This document shows, in pieces, positions 1 to 13,925 of a DNA stretch of 64,000 nucleotides. A program made the translations under genes and the position numbers. Positions within the stretch are counted from its first letter, which is position 1. Each line of letters opens with the position of its first letter. Below the pieces are notes generated by a model. It saw only the letters and a program-made list of their open reading frames with translations, was not told where the DNA came from and ran no database searches. This stretch comes from Octopus vulgaris (taxonomy: Eukaryota): assembly GCA_951406725.2 (NCBI GenBank), contig OX597816.1, forward strand, positions 57,226,001 through 57,290,000, written 5' to 3'.

Positions 1-284
1 AGAAGTAATTCTTACTGTGCCAGAGCTTTGGCTTGCCTCCAATTGACTGATAAAATTAAAGGGAGCTGAACAACAGACACACTTGGGAGCATTAATCCAG
101 GGGTTTAAACGGTATAAACTTTACATCAACGTTGTTCAGATTATGCGCAATAATCCGTTCAAGGGGCAATTAGAGACTATCGCCATCTTAGCAGTGTCTG
201 TCGGAGGATATCACGGCTGACATCTTATATCGCAGTCCTCATTCCAAGGGCTTGCAGTGTGTGTGTGTGTGTACGTGTACGTGT

Positions 285-324
<40 letters not shown>

Positions 325-601
325 TTGTCCCTTATGGTTTGACAACAGGTGTTGGTTTGTTTACATCCCCATAACTTAGTGATTTGGCGAAAGAGACCGA
401 TAGAATAAGTACGAAACCTCAAAAATAATAAAAAAAAAAAACAGTACTTGGGTCAATGTGTTCGAGCAAAAATTCTTCAAGGCGGTGCCCCAGTATGACC
501 GCAGTCCAATAATGAAACAAGTAAAAAGATGATCGGAAATATAAACGTGCAAGGCGCATCACAATAGCAAAAAATTAGAAAATAGAAGTCCATGCGAAAT
601 A

Positions 602-1156
602 TTTACTCTTTTACTTGTTTCAGACATTTGACTGCGGCCATGCTGGAGCACCGCCTTTAGTCGAACACTTCAACCCCACAGCTTATTCTTTGTAAACCTA
701 GTACTTATTCTACCGGTCACTTTTGCCGAACCGCTAAGTTTCGGGGACGTAAACACACCAGCATCGGTTATCTGCGTGTATATATATATGTGTGTGTGTG
801 TTTGTGAGTCTGTATTTGTTATTTGTATATATATATATATATGTCTATGCTATGTGTATATATGTGTGTGTGTGTGAGTGTATGGGTATATGTGTGAATA
901 GGTGTTTGTATATGTATGTGTGTGCATACATATGCACATATGGTAAGGGACAAACACAGACACACAAACGTATACAAACACATACATATGTATATATACA
1001 TATATACGACAGACCTCTTCCAGTTTCCGTCTACCAAATCCACTCACAAGGTTTTGGTCGGTCCGAGGCTATAGTAGAAGACACGCAGTGGGTGTCTGAA
1101 CCCGGGGCCATGTGATTGGTAAGCAAGCTACTTACCACACAGCCATTCCCGCGCCT
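602..1156 (-). mobile_element. SINE family A
   Basis: Reverse complement of the family consensus seen at 36165. Confidence 0.85.
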
Positions 1157-1354
1157 AAATATTAAAATTAAAGAAAGGAAAATAAATGGGAAACTTTAAA
1201 AAAATGCGAAGGAAAAGAAAAGAAAAGATTTCTATATTTCTACGAAATGAAACATTGACAAGAAAGAAGAAGGATGTTAAGGCGGATGTGTCTATATGTC
1301 CTCGCGCGGACATATAGACACACGATTTAGGAGGATAGATATTGTGTGGGTGTA

Positions 1355-1590
1355 AGGCGGCGAGCTGGCAGAAACGTTAGCACCGCGGGCGAAATGCTTT
1401 GCGGTAATTCGTCTGCCGCTGCTACGTTCTGAGTTCAAATTCCGCCGAGGTCGACTTTGCTTTTCATCCTTTCGGGGTCGATTAAATAAGTACCAGTTAC
1501 GCACTGAGGTCGATATAATCGACTTAATCCGTTTGTCTGTCCTTGTTTGTCCCTTCTCTGTTTAGCCCCTTCTGGGTAGTAAAGAAATAG
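1355..1590 (+). mobile_element. SINE family B
   Basis: Homology; flanked by atagatattgtgt direct repeat. Confidence 0.88.
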
Positions 1591-1772
1591 ATATTGTGTT
1601 TGTGTGTGAGTGTGTTTGTGTGTGTGTATGGGAATGACAGCGTGTGTGTGTGTTTATGTGAGTGTGTTTGTGCGTGTGTGAGAGAGCGAGAGAGCTTGTG
1701 TGTGTAGGGGTGTTTGTAAAAGAGAGAGAGAGAGCTTGTGTGTGTGTTTATGTGTGTGTATGGGAATGACAG

Positions 1773-1810
<38 letters not shown>

Positions 1811-2262
1811 TGTTTGAGTGAGAGAGAGAGAGCTTGTGTGTGTGTGTGTCTGTATGTGTTTGTGTGTGCGTGTGTGTGAGAGAGATATAGCTTGTTTGTG
1901 TGTGTATGCGTGTGTATGAGAGAGTTTTATGTGTGTGTGTGTGAGTATGTGTATGCGTGTGTGTGTTTGTACGTGTATGAGAGAGATAGAGCTTGTTTGT
2001 GTGTGTGTGTGTGTGTGTGTCCGTGTATGTGTGTATGCGTGTGTGTGAGAGAGATAGAGCTTGTTTGCGTGTGCTTGTGCATGTGTGTGTGCGTGTGTGT
2101 GAGATAGAGAGAGAGCTTGTGTGTGTGTCTGTGTGTCTGTGTTTGTGTGTATGTGCGCGCGCGTTTGTACGTGTGTGTGAGAGAGAGATGGACCTTGCTT
2201 GTGTGTGTTTGTGTGTGCGTCTGTGTGACAGAGAGCTTGTGTGTGTGAGTGTGTCTGTATGT
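1590..2262. repeat. Compound (TG)n/(AG)n satellite with recurring GAGAGCTTGT / GATAGAGCTTGT unit
   Basis: Higher-order repetition of TG and AG blocks. Confidence 0.85.
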
Positions 2263-2474
2263 GTTTATCCCCACAACCACTTCGCAACTGGTGTTGGTGT
2301 GTCTATGTCCCTGTAACTTAGCGGTTCGGCCTAAAAGAACCGACGGATTAAGTACTAAGCTTTAAAAAATCATGTTCTGGGTTCGATTTGTTCAACTAAA
2401 CTCTCGAAGGTGGTGCCTCAGCATGGACGCAATCTAATGACTGAAACAAAGGAAAGACAAAATATAAAAGATGC

Positions 2475-2584
2475 ATGCATGTATGTACGTATGTATGTAT
2501 GTATGTATGTATGTATGTATGTATGTATGTATGTATGTATGTATGTATGTATGTATGTATACATGCATGCATGTATGTATGTAA

Positions 2585-2615
<31 letters not shown>

Positions 2616-2672
2616 TGTATGTATGTATGTATGTATGTATGTATGCATGTATGTATGCATGTATGTATGTAT
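2475..2672. repeat. (TATG)n tetranucleotide array
   Basis: Direct reading. Confidence 0.9.
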
Positions 2673-2847
2673 GTGTCTATACGCAATCACACCGACAATG
2701 TATGCACCAACGTGCGCACATGCGTTTCCATATGTCCGAAATAATGAAGCTGATTACAATGCCGTACATATGTTCTGGTGTGTATAAAGTATACACTGCT
2801 GAAATATATATGATAAAATGAGATGAACCGAGATGGATTTCACATAT

Positions 2848-2881
<34 letters not shown>

Positions 2882-2997
2882 ACACATATAATATTTAAAC
2901 TTTATATACATCTGTTTAAAGGTATGGATTACATACAGATATCATAGATTGTGCAACACAGACTCATACATGTACAGACATTCACTTCCATATATAT

Positions 2998-3054
<57 letters not shown>

Positions 3055-3341
3055 GTTATATATATATAATCCATATTTTTACTGCTTTTTTTTGTCTCTT
3101 GCTCGATTACGTTTTGGTTGCTTTGCTAAATTTTTCTTGAGAACATTTGTTAGTGGTAAGACCATAGCGGATCTATTTCTAGCATAAGGGTGTCCACATA
3201 GTGGTTACCCTCTAATATGTATTTAATGCAATTTTACGGAACCTTCAGTTATTTTTATATGCTAGACCACTGGTGTGAAATCGATGTTAATTACATTTCT
3301 GTCTAATATCTCACACTCATTTTAAATTTATATATATATAC

Positions 3342-3423
<82 letters not shown>

Positions 3424-3457
3424 GGATTAATTAGTGTGAAGCATTGTGTAGAATATA

Positions 3458-3736
3458 TTGTATAAAAGATCGTGGGTAAGGCCGAAACAATGCGAAGTAA
3501 AGGCAAGGTAAATCACAAGAAGACAAATATGTGAATTAATGTAGACTTACTTTGTATTCAATATTTCGGGGTTAAGACCCCATTTTCAAGAAATTGACGA
3601 ATGTTATCGGCAACATTCGTCAAATCTTGAAAACAACCCTGAAATATTAAATACATTAATTCACATATTTGTTTTCCTGTTATTTACCTTGCATTTACTT
3701 CACTTTGTTTTGGCCTTACACACGATCCTTTATACA

Positions 3737-3737
<1 letters not shown>
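3458..3737. mobile_element. Palindromic (fold-back) non-autonomous element with hammerhead-like motifs in both arms
   Basis: ttgtataaaagatcgtgggtaaggccgaaacaa...ttgttttggccttacacacgatcctttatacaa; centre ttgacgaatgtt/aacattcgtcaa; embedded in (TA)n. Confidence 0.75.
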
Positions 3738-3795
<58 letters not shown>

Positions 3796-4044
3796 CATAT
3801 ATTTATATATACATAAATATATATACAGGGTTGGCCAAATAGTCAGCTGACAGTAAATCAAAGCGATTTAACTCCAAGCTCTATTTATGTTTAAAAACTG
3901 AATGAATTTAATAAAAACATCGAAATATGAAACATGAAAATTGTTCAAAGTGAAGTCCTTCTTGAGCGATACATTTTTTTCATTCGAGTCAATACAGAAT
4001 TACAGATATTATTTATGGAACTTTGATTTACTGCCGGGAGTGTA

Positions 4045-4095
<51 letters not shown>

Positions 4096-4444
4096 ATTAA
4101 AATACAAATGGAGAATTATTCATCTGCACAGTTCTTTTTTTTTTTTACTATTGCAGTTTTGTATTCATTCCTTTGTTCTCTTTAAACTTCCGTTCGAGTT
4201 ATCTTGTTACATGGTACTCATTCGCATCCTGTTGGTTTGGCTTCATCCAGATTTCATCCTGATTAAAAACACAGCGATGCAGCGTTATTAAACATGTTGC
4301 CACTAGAAGAGTTCGAGGCGAACTTTTCAGAGAACGCAGCCGAACCAACAGGATGTAAATGGACACCACGTAACAAGATACTTTTGCAGCAGAAACATAT
4401 GTTGGACAGAGGATTAGAGAAAAAATATTGCATAAAAGACTGTC

Positions 4445-4494
<50 letters not shown>

Positions 4495-4498
<4 letters not shown>

Positions 4499-5052
4499 CC
4501 CTGATGCAATACCAGGCAGTGACTCTCATGGCTTCAGATCTTAACTGATTGGAAGTGTTATCATGTACGTTTTTTTTGTCTTGGCATAAAGGATGGGCTA
4601 CAGCAAATATTCTGCCCAATACCACAGATTTGCTTGTCAGTTGTTTGACCTTAACCAGTTGGGCATGTCCCTTGGTGGCTGACGATATGTGCATCTCTGA
4701 TCACGAGTAGAAGTAGTTGGGGAGCATCATAGTCATGCGTTGAGGGGGTTTGGGGGGTTTGGATAATTCACCTCTGGAAACATGAGTATTTCGTTCAACA
4801 TCCTTAAACAACCCTTATTCAGGGATCTTTTGAGCAGGATGCGTTACTCGACCAGAAGAAAATTCTAACTGGGCCCCACCTGCAAGGTCATGTGCTGTGT
4901 ATCTTGATATGAAATCACCATGTCGTGCAGACATGGTTGTGATGCATGTGCCTGGTGCACCCTTATCAGACGGGTAGTCATGATGGGTATACTGGGCTTC
5001 GTATATTTTACCCCAGTATCACTTTGATGGTATGCACTGCTCCCTCACTCAA
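4495..5052 (+). repeat. About 550-bp dispersed non-coding element flanked by (AAT)n
   Basis: Full-length reverse-complement homologue at 12448-12978. Confidence 0.8.
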
Positions 5053-5702
5053 TAATGATAATAATAATAATAATAATAACAACAACAACAGCTGTGTAGA
5101 TGTATAATGCTCCTCTTGTATTTTGATGTCTTGAATATACACTCTGTCAATTGTTTAAAATCCATTGAAGCGACCTCAGGATTCAGCCATGGGGGGAAGT
5201 TCTGTATGATTATTTACCGTAAATAATCCCCATCTTATTCCATATCATTCGATGTGGTTAGCCAGAATTTGGATTATTTGGATTGTGCAAGAGTGCTTGA
5301 ACGGTAGCTGTCTGGATCTATTACTCCTATCCATTGTGGTTTCGTATTTCTTTGTCTTTGGGGTTATCCTTCCAAAGGATTTCATTATAGAGTGTTCTAG
5401 CTACATGCAATATTTACGTATGAACGATAAACACAAAATGCTGTTTATACCATTTGATTCCTATGCACGTTTCGCCTTTGTGACTATTTACATCTTATGC
5501 TGCGGGTGTTCTTAGCACACTTGAATGACGATCCATAACGGTTCTACAGGTGAAAGGAAGTGAAAATAAATGTATGTACACCGTTGAAAGGCAGTCACTG
5601 CAGCAAAGGTGTTCGCCTCGCTCCGATAGATATTGTGTTTCTAATACATGTCTATGAAGAGATTTTGTCTCAGGCAAAAGCTACAGCATCATACATATAT
5701 AC

Positions 5703-5742
<40 letters not shown>

Positions 5743-8285
5743 ACACACAAGCATTCAGGCGCTTAACTCGTCTGTAAATGGAAGTGGCTCTGATGGCACC
5801 GATTTTTATGCTGGCATATAATGAAGACGCAGGACTCACAATCATGAGGTATTGAGTTCGATTACCAGAACCAGCTGTGTGTTGTGCTCTTGATTAAGAC
5901 ACTTTATTTCACGTTGCTCAGCTGTAGAAATGAGTTGCGACGTCACTGGTGCCAAGCTGTATCGGTCCCTTTGCCTTTCCCTTGGATAACATCAGTGACA
6001 CGGACAGGGGAGGCTGGTATGCATGAGCGGCTGCTGGTCTTCCATAAAACAACCTTACCCGGACTTTTTTGTTTTTGTTTTGTTTTTTTCACTTAATAGT
6101 CGACTAAAATCCTAGTAGACAGCGCTCCAGCTTGGCCGAGTGCGTTGGTTGAGCCCAGTAAACGCAGAGTAAATGCAAAAGATACTCAATAAATCGCCTT
6201 TAAAAATGCTTCGCGCGTTTCTCAGATGCAGAAGACATTCTTATTACAAATCTTTGAACAACACATTAAATAGCCTCATTGTTGCTGTTGTTATTGTCGT
6301 TTTCGCTATTTAGCCATCGTCCGTTCTGCTTCAGTGACCTGTGAAACAGATCACCTGAACGAAGAAGCCTTTATAGTCATTGTTACCTTATCTTTAAGGT
6401 TCCTGTCTTTGAAAGGGTCAGCCATGTCACACTCTGCGTCACGCTGAATCTCTTAATGAACTGCGTTTAGGGTACACGTGTCTGTGGAGTACTCAGCCAG
6501 CTGCATGTTCATTTCACGAGCAGGCTGTTCCGTTGATTGGATCAACTGATACATTCACCGTAGTAACCGACGGAGAGCCTAGTGTTTTGGTTCTTTCTTA
6601 TTGCTTTTTTTCATCCAACCGTAATTGTGAAACAGTCCACGAGTTAAACCGGGCATTAAATCTTTTAAATAAAACAGTTCTTTCAGTTCTTCAAAGTGTA
6701 ATGGTTATATGGCAGTTTACCATTTCTTTGCATTTTTATAGAACTCTGCCAGGTTTTTTGAGCTGCTGAGGTTGGGTAGTGGAGGGCAGGCAAAGCAGTG
6801 ATCCATAATACGGTCTGCTTCTTCACAGTCACGGGTGGTTGGGTTAGTCTTGTAGCCCCATCCGACCAAACCAACTTTTGATCGTCTTTTACTCGTTCTT
6901 TCACTGAATCCATGACGTTTCTGAATCCAAAAAAGAAGTCTTCAGCCCGGAGCAATGAGGTCCCATATCAGTCAGAGGAGGATCTTTCTCATATTTTTCC
7001 AGTGAAATGGATCAAAGTAGAAATGCTCATGTCACAATCCCAATCGAGTAATACTAGGTATTACTGTGAATTCTACCAAGCACTTCGATGCCGATAATGC
7101 AAGATAATGCAACTGGTGCCAGAAGCCTCTTGGGGACAGCACTGATTATTATTGGAATATCAAGTTTCCTTTTTCATTAAGTAGAAATGATAATCATTGA
7201 AATAAATGTTCAAGCTGCTAAATGAATTATTGAAAGGAAAACTTACATTTAAATAAGTTAAACATAAATTTAATAACTTGAATAAGTTAAATAAGTTAAA
7301 TTTAAGGAAGTTAAACTGGTAACATGAGTGTGTCTAGTGTGTTACATAAATAAGTAGGTTAGAGGGGACACACAGACATTGTAATGTCGGTTAAGTAGAC
7401 AAACTTCATTAAGTATTCGACTGAATTTGAAACCTATGAAAGGGGTATGGTTGGAAAATATTCCGACATGTTTTAAATTCACTCTCACGTGAGACAAAAG
7501 GGATCGTTGGGAAATGTTTATGGTTTTAGCTAATTACAGGTAAATGAACTTCAATGGGACAACTTTTGTAGGCTGTTTTTTTATTGCTATTCCTGTTTGT
7601 TCCCCTCCACAATCCCCTATCCAGTAATGTAACAATATCATTTGAACAAATTTTAAAACAGGTTTCACGACAATTTCAAGTCAACAGACCCAGTGGGGTT
7701 TTAGTATTGTTGTTGTTGTTGTTATTATTGCTATTTGGGTTTTTGTTGTTGCTACTGCTACTGCTGCTGCTGCTGCTGCTGCAACGACTGTTACTGGCGT
7801 CGTCATCGTCGTCGTCTTGTACTGCCAACGTTCGCGTTTCACAAAACTCGACTTAGAAGACTACTTGAGGGAATTTGAACTTTTTTTTTATTATTATTAC
7901 AAACAAAAGGCTTCAGAATCTATGAATCCCAACCTCAAAACCATAGGGAGGGAGAGAAGATTCGTCCTTTGCTATTTTTATTAAATCTACAGATTCATAT
8001 TTTTACAAACGTCCATATTGTTTTGTTTAGCTGTCCTTCAATAAAACTAGCTGGCTCTTGAGGGTACGGGAAGAGTCGCAAACCAAAAATGTGGCAGCAG
8101 AGAACACGCCCCGGATTTTAAATTTTGAAAACAGTCACCATTTGAGTGAAAATTCAAAAACTTTAAATGACTATAACATCTTTACCACAACTACTAATAG
8201 CAACACTAATTCGTCATTTGAAGTCGTTGCGAGACATAAAGAGTCCCTCAATATGTACCAGTCGATAGAAAAACAAGCGGTATAG

Positions 8286-8329
<44 letters not shown>

Positions 8330-8330
8330 G

Positions 8331-8970
8331 AAGGCGGCGAGCTGGCAGAAACGTTAGCACTCCAGGCGAAATGCCTAGCGGTATTTCGTCTGCCGCTACG
8401 TTCTGAGTTCAAATTCAGCCGAGGTTGACTTTGCCTTTCATCCTTTCGGAGTCGATAAATTAAGTACCAGTTACGCACTGTACTCGATATAATCGACTTA
8501 ATCCGTTTGTCTGTCCTTGTTTGTCCTCTCTGTGTTTAGCCACTTGTGGGTGGTAAGAAGTAGAAATAGGTATTTCGTCTGCCGTTACGTTCTGAGTTTA
8601 AATTCCGCCGAGGTCGACTTTGCCTTTCATTCTTTCGGGGTCGATAAATTAAGTACCAGTTGCGTACTGGGGTCGATATAATCGACTGCCCCCCTCCCCA
8701 AAAATTTCGGGCCTTGTGCCTAGAGTAGAAAAGAAAAGAATATTAAGGGTCGCATAAGGCGGCGAGCTGGCAGAAACGTTAGCACGCCGGGCGAAATGCT
8801 TAGCGGGTATTTCGCCTGTCTTTACGTTCTTAGTTCAAATTCCACCGTGGTCGACTTTGCCTTTCATCCTTACGGGAACGATAAAATAAGTACCAGTTGC
8901 GTACTGGAGTGGATGTAATCGGCTCATCTCCCGCCCACAAAATTGCAGGCCTTGTGCCTTTAACAGAGAT
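8331..8970 (+). mobile_element. SINE family B cluster (multimer plus monomer)
   Basis: aaggcggcgagctggcagaaacgttag (A box)..gagttcaaattcc (B box)..gtcgactttgcctttcatcctttcggggtcgataaattaagtacc repeated three times. Confidence 0.88.
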
Positions 8971-9889
8971 AATTATTATTGTTGTTGTTGTTGTTAATGT
9001 TCCAGAAACTATTTGAGAAAGATTAATTTGGAAAGCTTAGTATTTCATTGCTCAACATTGTAGATCCAGGTTCAGACACCGGACAGGAAGGTGAGTGTTT
9101 GTGAAAAAATAGAAATATATTCTTTATCGTTTTATCTCCTGCTCTGTTCTATATTTCTTCTTTTTTTTTTTTTTGCTCCGATTTTTCTTCTTTATTTATA
9201 TTCTAACCAAGCTAGGTGTTACCTTCACACACCAGAAACTACTTCCTTCCAGCTGTGATCTCACGCTATTAAAATACATATATAGCCGTCATCTTTTATA
9301 TTTCTGGAGACAACCTGTTATTATCTGGCTGTCTTCTATCTTTTCTTTCATATATTTCTCGTCTCCGCTCTGTTCTTGTTTTCAATGATATATTTTTTCT
9401 CCACATAATTTTCTTTTTCTAGTATCTTGCCCTGCCAACAAATTTATTGAAAAACAGACGGATCAACAATATTTTCGTTTTCATTCACAATTCTAAGAAG
9501 TTACCTCCCACAACTATTATTGCAAATGTGTCATCATTTTTTTATCCAGTATTTACAGACTGATAGAATAAATGGAGCGCAGGCCAATTCATCGGTCATA
9601 AGTTCGAATTTCCTTCAAAGTCAACTATTTGGGACAGAATACTTTATTTAGCTTCAGTTCAGGAAGTGGTCGGAAATAGAGATGAATTACTTATCTTAGA
9701 AAATTACACACAGTAAGCTGGAATCCTATCCAGGGGTATTTATGCTACACCATGAAACTAGACGAACCAACCAGGAAGGTCTGCTAGTAATAACTGGCAA
9801 ATCCCAACCAAACAATTTTACAAAAGATAAACGTTGGTTCCATATAGTAGAAGAAAATACAGAGTGCTCCATTTCTCGTCCGGTTGCAA

Positions 9890-10310
9890 TCATCAGCTGA
9901 GCGCCGTGCTTCGACAAGATTTCGGCCCATTAAGCTCAGTATCCCTCCACACGGTGGGTCCGCAACAGCTGGACGTATTGCGTTGCAACCGGACTCATGC
10001 CAGTTCTGTGGTCTTATACGCTTTCACAAACCTCCTGGTAATCCAAGCACTACCCTCAACTGCTTTCTCACCACATTCCTTGATGGTCTTCCTCACAGCA
10101 GATACAGCAGCCACCTTCAGAAACCTTCTGAGGGGGGCTGCTAGGAAACCCCTGCAGCCGGCCTCGAACGGAACCAGCTCACAGATGTAACCCTTCGCCC
10201 GAATCTGTTACCAGCTCTTCATAGCCCAACAGCTACTGCCCATGGGCCTCAACAATGCTCTCCTCCCAGGGCACAGTAAGCTCCCCAAGGACCACAATTG
10301 GTATCACTCA
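9890..10310 (-). mobile_element. 3' fragment of a HERO/NeSL-like RLE LINE
   Basis: Minus strand: IVVLGELTVPWEESIVEAH...PFEAGCRGF...AVEGSAWI. Confidence 0.65.
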
Positions 10311-10704
10311 GTTTCGCACCATTAGTGATAAGACCCCATGCCGGTGGTGCCCGCGAAATTTGTAGAGAATACTGGAGCGAAAACAAACAATACATGGAAT
10401 CCAGGCGATACAGAAGTGGACATACGGAAGTGAATAAAATGTAATTCAAGACGATGAGCGAAGGACAAAGACGAAATGAATAAGAAACGAACAGTATGTG
10501 TGTGCGTGTGTGTCAAAGAAAAATTTAGTTGTCACTAAATGTGATTAAGGATGCCAAAGCACCTACATTGCTAGAAATACGAGTTAAAAATTCTTAACGC
10601 TGGAAGAAGAGCACAGTACATATATATATATATGTATGGATGGATGGATGTATATATGTATGTATATATATGCATATATATGTGTGTGCGTGTGTTTCTT
10701 TTAC

Positions 10705-11125
10705 ATTCTACTTGTTTTCAGTCATTTGACTGCGCCCATGCTGGAGCACTGCCTTTACTCGAACCAATCGACCCTAGGACTTATTCTTTGTACGCCTAGT
10801 ACTTATTGTATCGGAATATTTTGCTAAGTTACGAGGACATAGACACACCAACATTGGTTGTCAATAATGGTGGTGAGAGAGAAACAGACACACAAATGCA
10901 CACACACACACATACACACACACACACACAGATATATATATATATATATATATATATACACGACGCGCTTCTTTCAGTTTCCGTCTACCAAATCCACTCA
11001 CAAGACTTTGGTCGGCCTGACAGCTGTAGTAGTAGACAGTTGCCCAAGGTGCCACGTAGTGGAACTGAACCCGGAACCATGTAATTGGAAAGTAATCCTC
11101 TTACCACACAGTCACTCCTGCGCCT
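10705..11125 (-). mobile_element. SINE family A
   Basis: Homology to other copies. Confidence 0.85.
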
Positions 11126-11139
11126 ATATATATATATAT

Positions 11140-11320
11140 ATAAAGGGAAAGTTTACGAAAATAAACAAAAGACGAAGGCAGGTGGTGTACAAAACAAACA
11201 GATGTATTAGTATAGCGCTCGGGAATAGAAAAAGTCTTTTACGTTTCGACCCTACGCTCTTCTACAGAAAGGGACACAGAAAAAACAAGGAGAGAAAAAA
11301 AAATGTGTGTAGTAGCTAAT
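11140..11320 (-). mobile_element. Second, more decayed copy of the 37.8 kb HHR-bearing repeat
   Basis: Shared tttacgaaaataaacaaaagacgaaggcaggtgg...aagtcttttacgtttcga.cctacgctcttc..cagaaag. Confidence 0.65.
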
Positions 11321-11951
11321 AATAATAATAATATTACTAACAATTTATGGACTAGTTTAGCAATTATCAGCGGAGGGATATTTAGTCGATACCAACAAAC
11401 ATTGTATTTAAGTGGCACTTCTTATTTTATTGAGCCCTGAGTGACAAAAAAACAAAATTAAACTGAGCTGCATTTGAACTCAGAATGGAGAGCCAGAAAT
11501 ATATCGCAAATTGTTCTATCCGACTCTCATTGTATTTGGCAGTGCGCGCGCGCGTGTGTATGTGTTAGTTGTAACGTAGGATTCTTTTCAACAGCTTTAT
11601 CTTATTAAAAGCTGTTGGCATTGGTTATATTTCAACCCAGGATCTAAACGTCTCTAACCGGTCGACACTATGCTACTTGAAATCCAGCAAAACTTCATGA
11701 CATCCAAAGCCGTCTGTATTTCGCAAACTGACAATGTGGGCTGTAATCTCTCATTCTTCTCACCGCTATCTCCAGTGCTTCGTTGCATTAAACCTAGCGA
11801 ACCCTCAACCCATTCAAGACATCACTACTCCACACATAACCAATATACGTCTACAATCGCCAGTACGCATGTCCAGTGCAGTCGAACACCATTACATTCA
11901 AGGTCATCCGTACTTAACATCTATACTCAACATAGATTGCAATCTCCGATC

Positions 11952-12000
<49 letters not shown>

Positions 12001-12380
12001 ATTCCGGAGCAATTATATTCACATATCTTTGAATATTCATATCCGGAACAGAAACATCTAATCTAGAAATCAATACAGTCTTTAATTTCCTTACAATTAT
12101 CTTCTTATGGAGTCCCGTCTACTTTCTCTAAAAGATATATATCTGTTTGGATTCTTTTAGATATGTTTGAGCTAGCAAAATCTTTAGCATACTGGACAAA
12201 ATGCTTACCGGTGTTTCTTCCGACTTTTTACGTTATCAGTTCAAATTACGCCGAGGTTGACTTTTGTCTTTCATCCTTTCGGAGTCGATGTACCAATTGA
12301 GCAGTGGGGTCGATGTAATCGACTGTCCTCCTCCCCCAAATTCAGGCTTTCTGCCTTCAGCAGAAAGGATTATTGTTGCA

Positions 12381-12447
<67 letters not shown>

Positions 12448-12450
<3 letters not shown>

Positions 12451-12978
12451 GAGCAGTGCATGACATCAAAGTGACACTTAGGTACAAATATGCAAAGTCC
12501 AATATACCCATCATGACTATTCCATCTGATAATATCAGGCTCAGTACACAACACGGTGATCTCATATCAAAATAAACAGCGCATGACCTTGTAGGTGAGG
12601 TCCAGTTAGAATTTTCTTCAAGTCGAGTAGCCCATCCCGCTCAAAAACTCCCTGAATAAGAGTTGTTTAAGGATGATAAACAAAACACCCATATACCAGA
12701 AGTGAATTATCCAAACCTCAAGGAATTTCTCTCAACACATGGCTATGATGCTCCCCCAATACTTCTGCTCATGATCAGAGATGCAATTATCGTCAGCCAC
12801 TAAGGGACATTCTCAAATGGTTATGATCAAACAACTGACAAGCAAATCTGTGGTACTGAGCAGAATATTTGCTGTAACCCATCTTTTCTAACAAGACAAA
12901 ATATGTACAAGATAACACTTCTAATTAATTAAGATGAGAAGCCATGAGAGCTACTGCCTGGCACTGCATCAAGGGATT
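12448..12978 (-). repeat. Second copy of the 550-bp element
   Basis: Collinear with 4495-5052; flanked by (ATT)n/(GATT)n and (AAT)n. Confidence 0.8.
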
Positions 12979-13477
12979 TATAATAATAATAATTATTATT
13001 ATTTAGAAACATAGAAACTGATTTTTACTCCCCTCTCGTTGCCTGCATGAATGTTGCTCGAACATTAAACGTTTGGGTATTTGTTACAGAAGTAAATATT
13101 CTAAACATTTGGACACTCAAGGAGTAAATGTCAGCCTCTTAATGATGCTTAGTTCCATTCCTGTCTTCAGGTCGACCGACATGTTGAAATAATCGAGTCA
13201 TCATAACAAAGGGAATCTTTAAGTCTTGGAGAAGTCTTATTGGTTGAAGAAGGATCAACATCAAGTTGATGATAGTGAAGCGTCAGCATCTGAAGCGAGC
13301 CGTGATGATCAGGATCGATAAACTGTAAATACAAAATATTAGCAAAGTAGAATAAAGTATTTTACTGTGAAAGGAGGAGAAATCTGTAACGTTTCGATCT
13401 GAAGCATTGCTAAGCAGATTGTATTTATTACCGTGGACCTTGAGCAAGTTCTTTAATGTAATCCCACAGCAAAGTAT

Positions 13478-13717
13478 TTACTCTTTACTCTTTTACTTGT
13501 TTCAGTCATTTGACTGTGCCCATGCTGAAGCACCACCTTTAGTCGAGCACATCGACCCCAGGACTTATTCTTTGTAAGTATAGTACTTATTCTATCGGTC
13601 TCATTTGCCGAACCGCTAAGTAACGGGGACGTAAACACACCAGCATCGGTTGTCAAGCGATTTGGGAGGACAAACACAAACATATAAATAAACACACACA
13701 CACACACACACACACAT

Positions 13718-13750
<33 letters not shown>

Positions 13751-13925
13751 CGACGGGCTTCTTTCAGTTTCCGTCTACCAAATCCACTCACAAGGCTTTG
13801 GTCGACTCGAGGCTATAGTAGAAGACACTTGCCCAAGGTGCCACTCAGTGGGAATGAACTCGGAACCATGAGGTTGGTAAGCAAGCTACTTACCACACAG
13901 CACCACACAGCCATTCCTGCGCCTG
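13478..13925 (-). mobile_element. SINE family A
   Basis: Homology to other copies. Confidence 0.88.

Noticed and set aside
225-3187. Many ORFs rich in HT/CV/YI/MYVC repeats (here and throughout)
   Set aside because: Translations of (CA)n, (TA)n and (TATG)n microsatellites
6780-7130. Possible mariner transposase relic (also about 36860-37222)
   Set aside because: Too decayed to identify catalytic motifs with confidence
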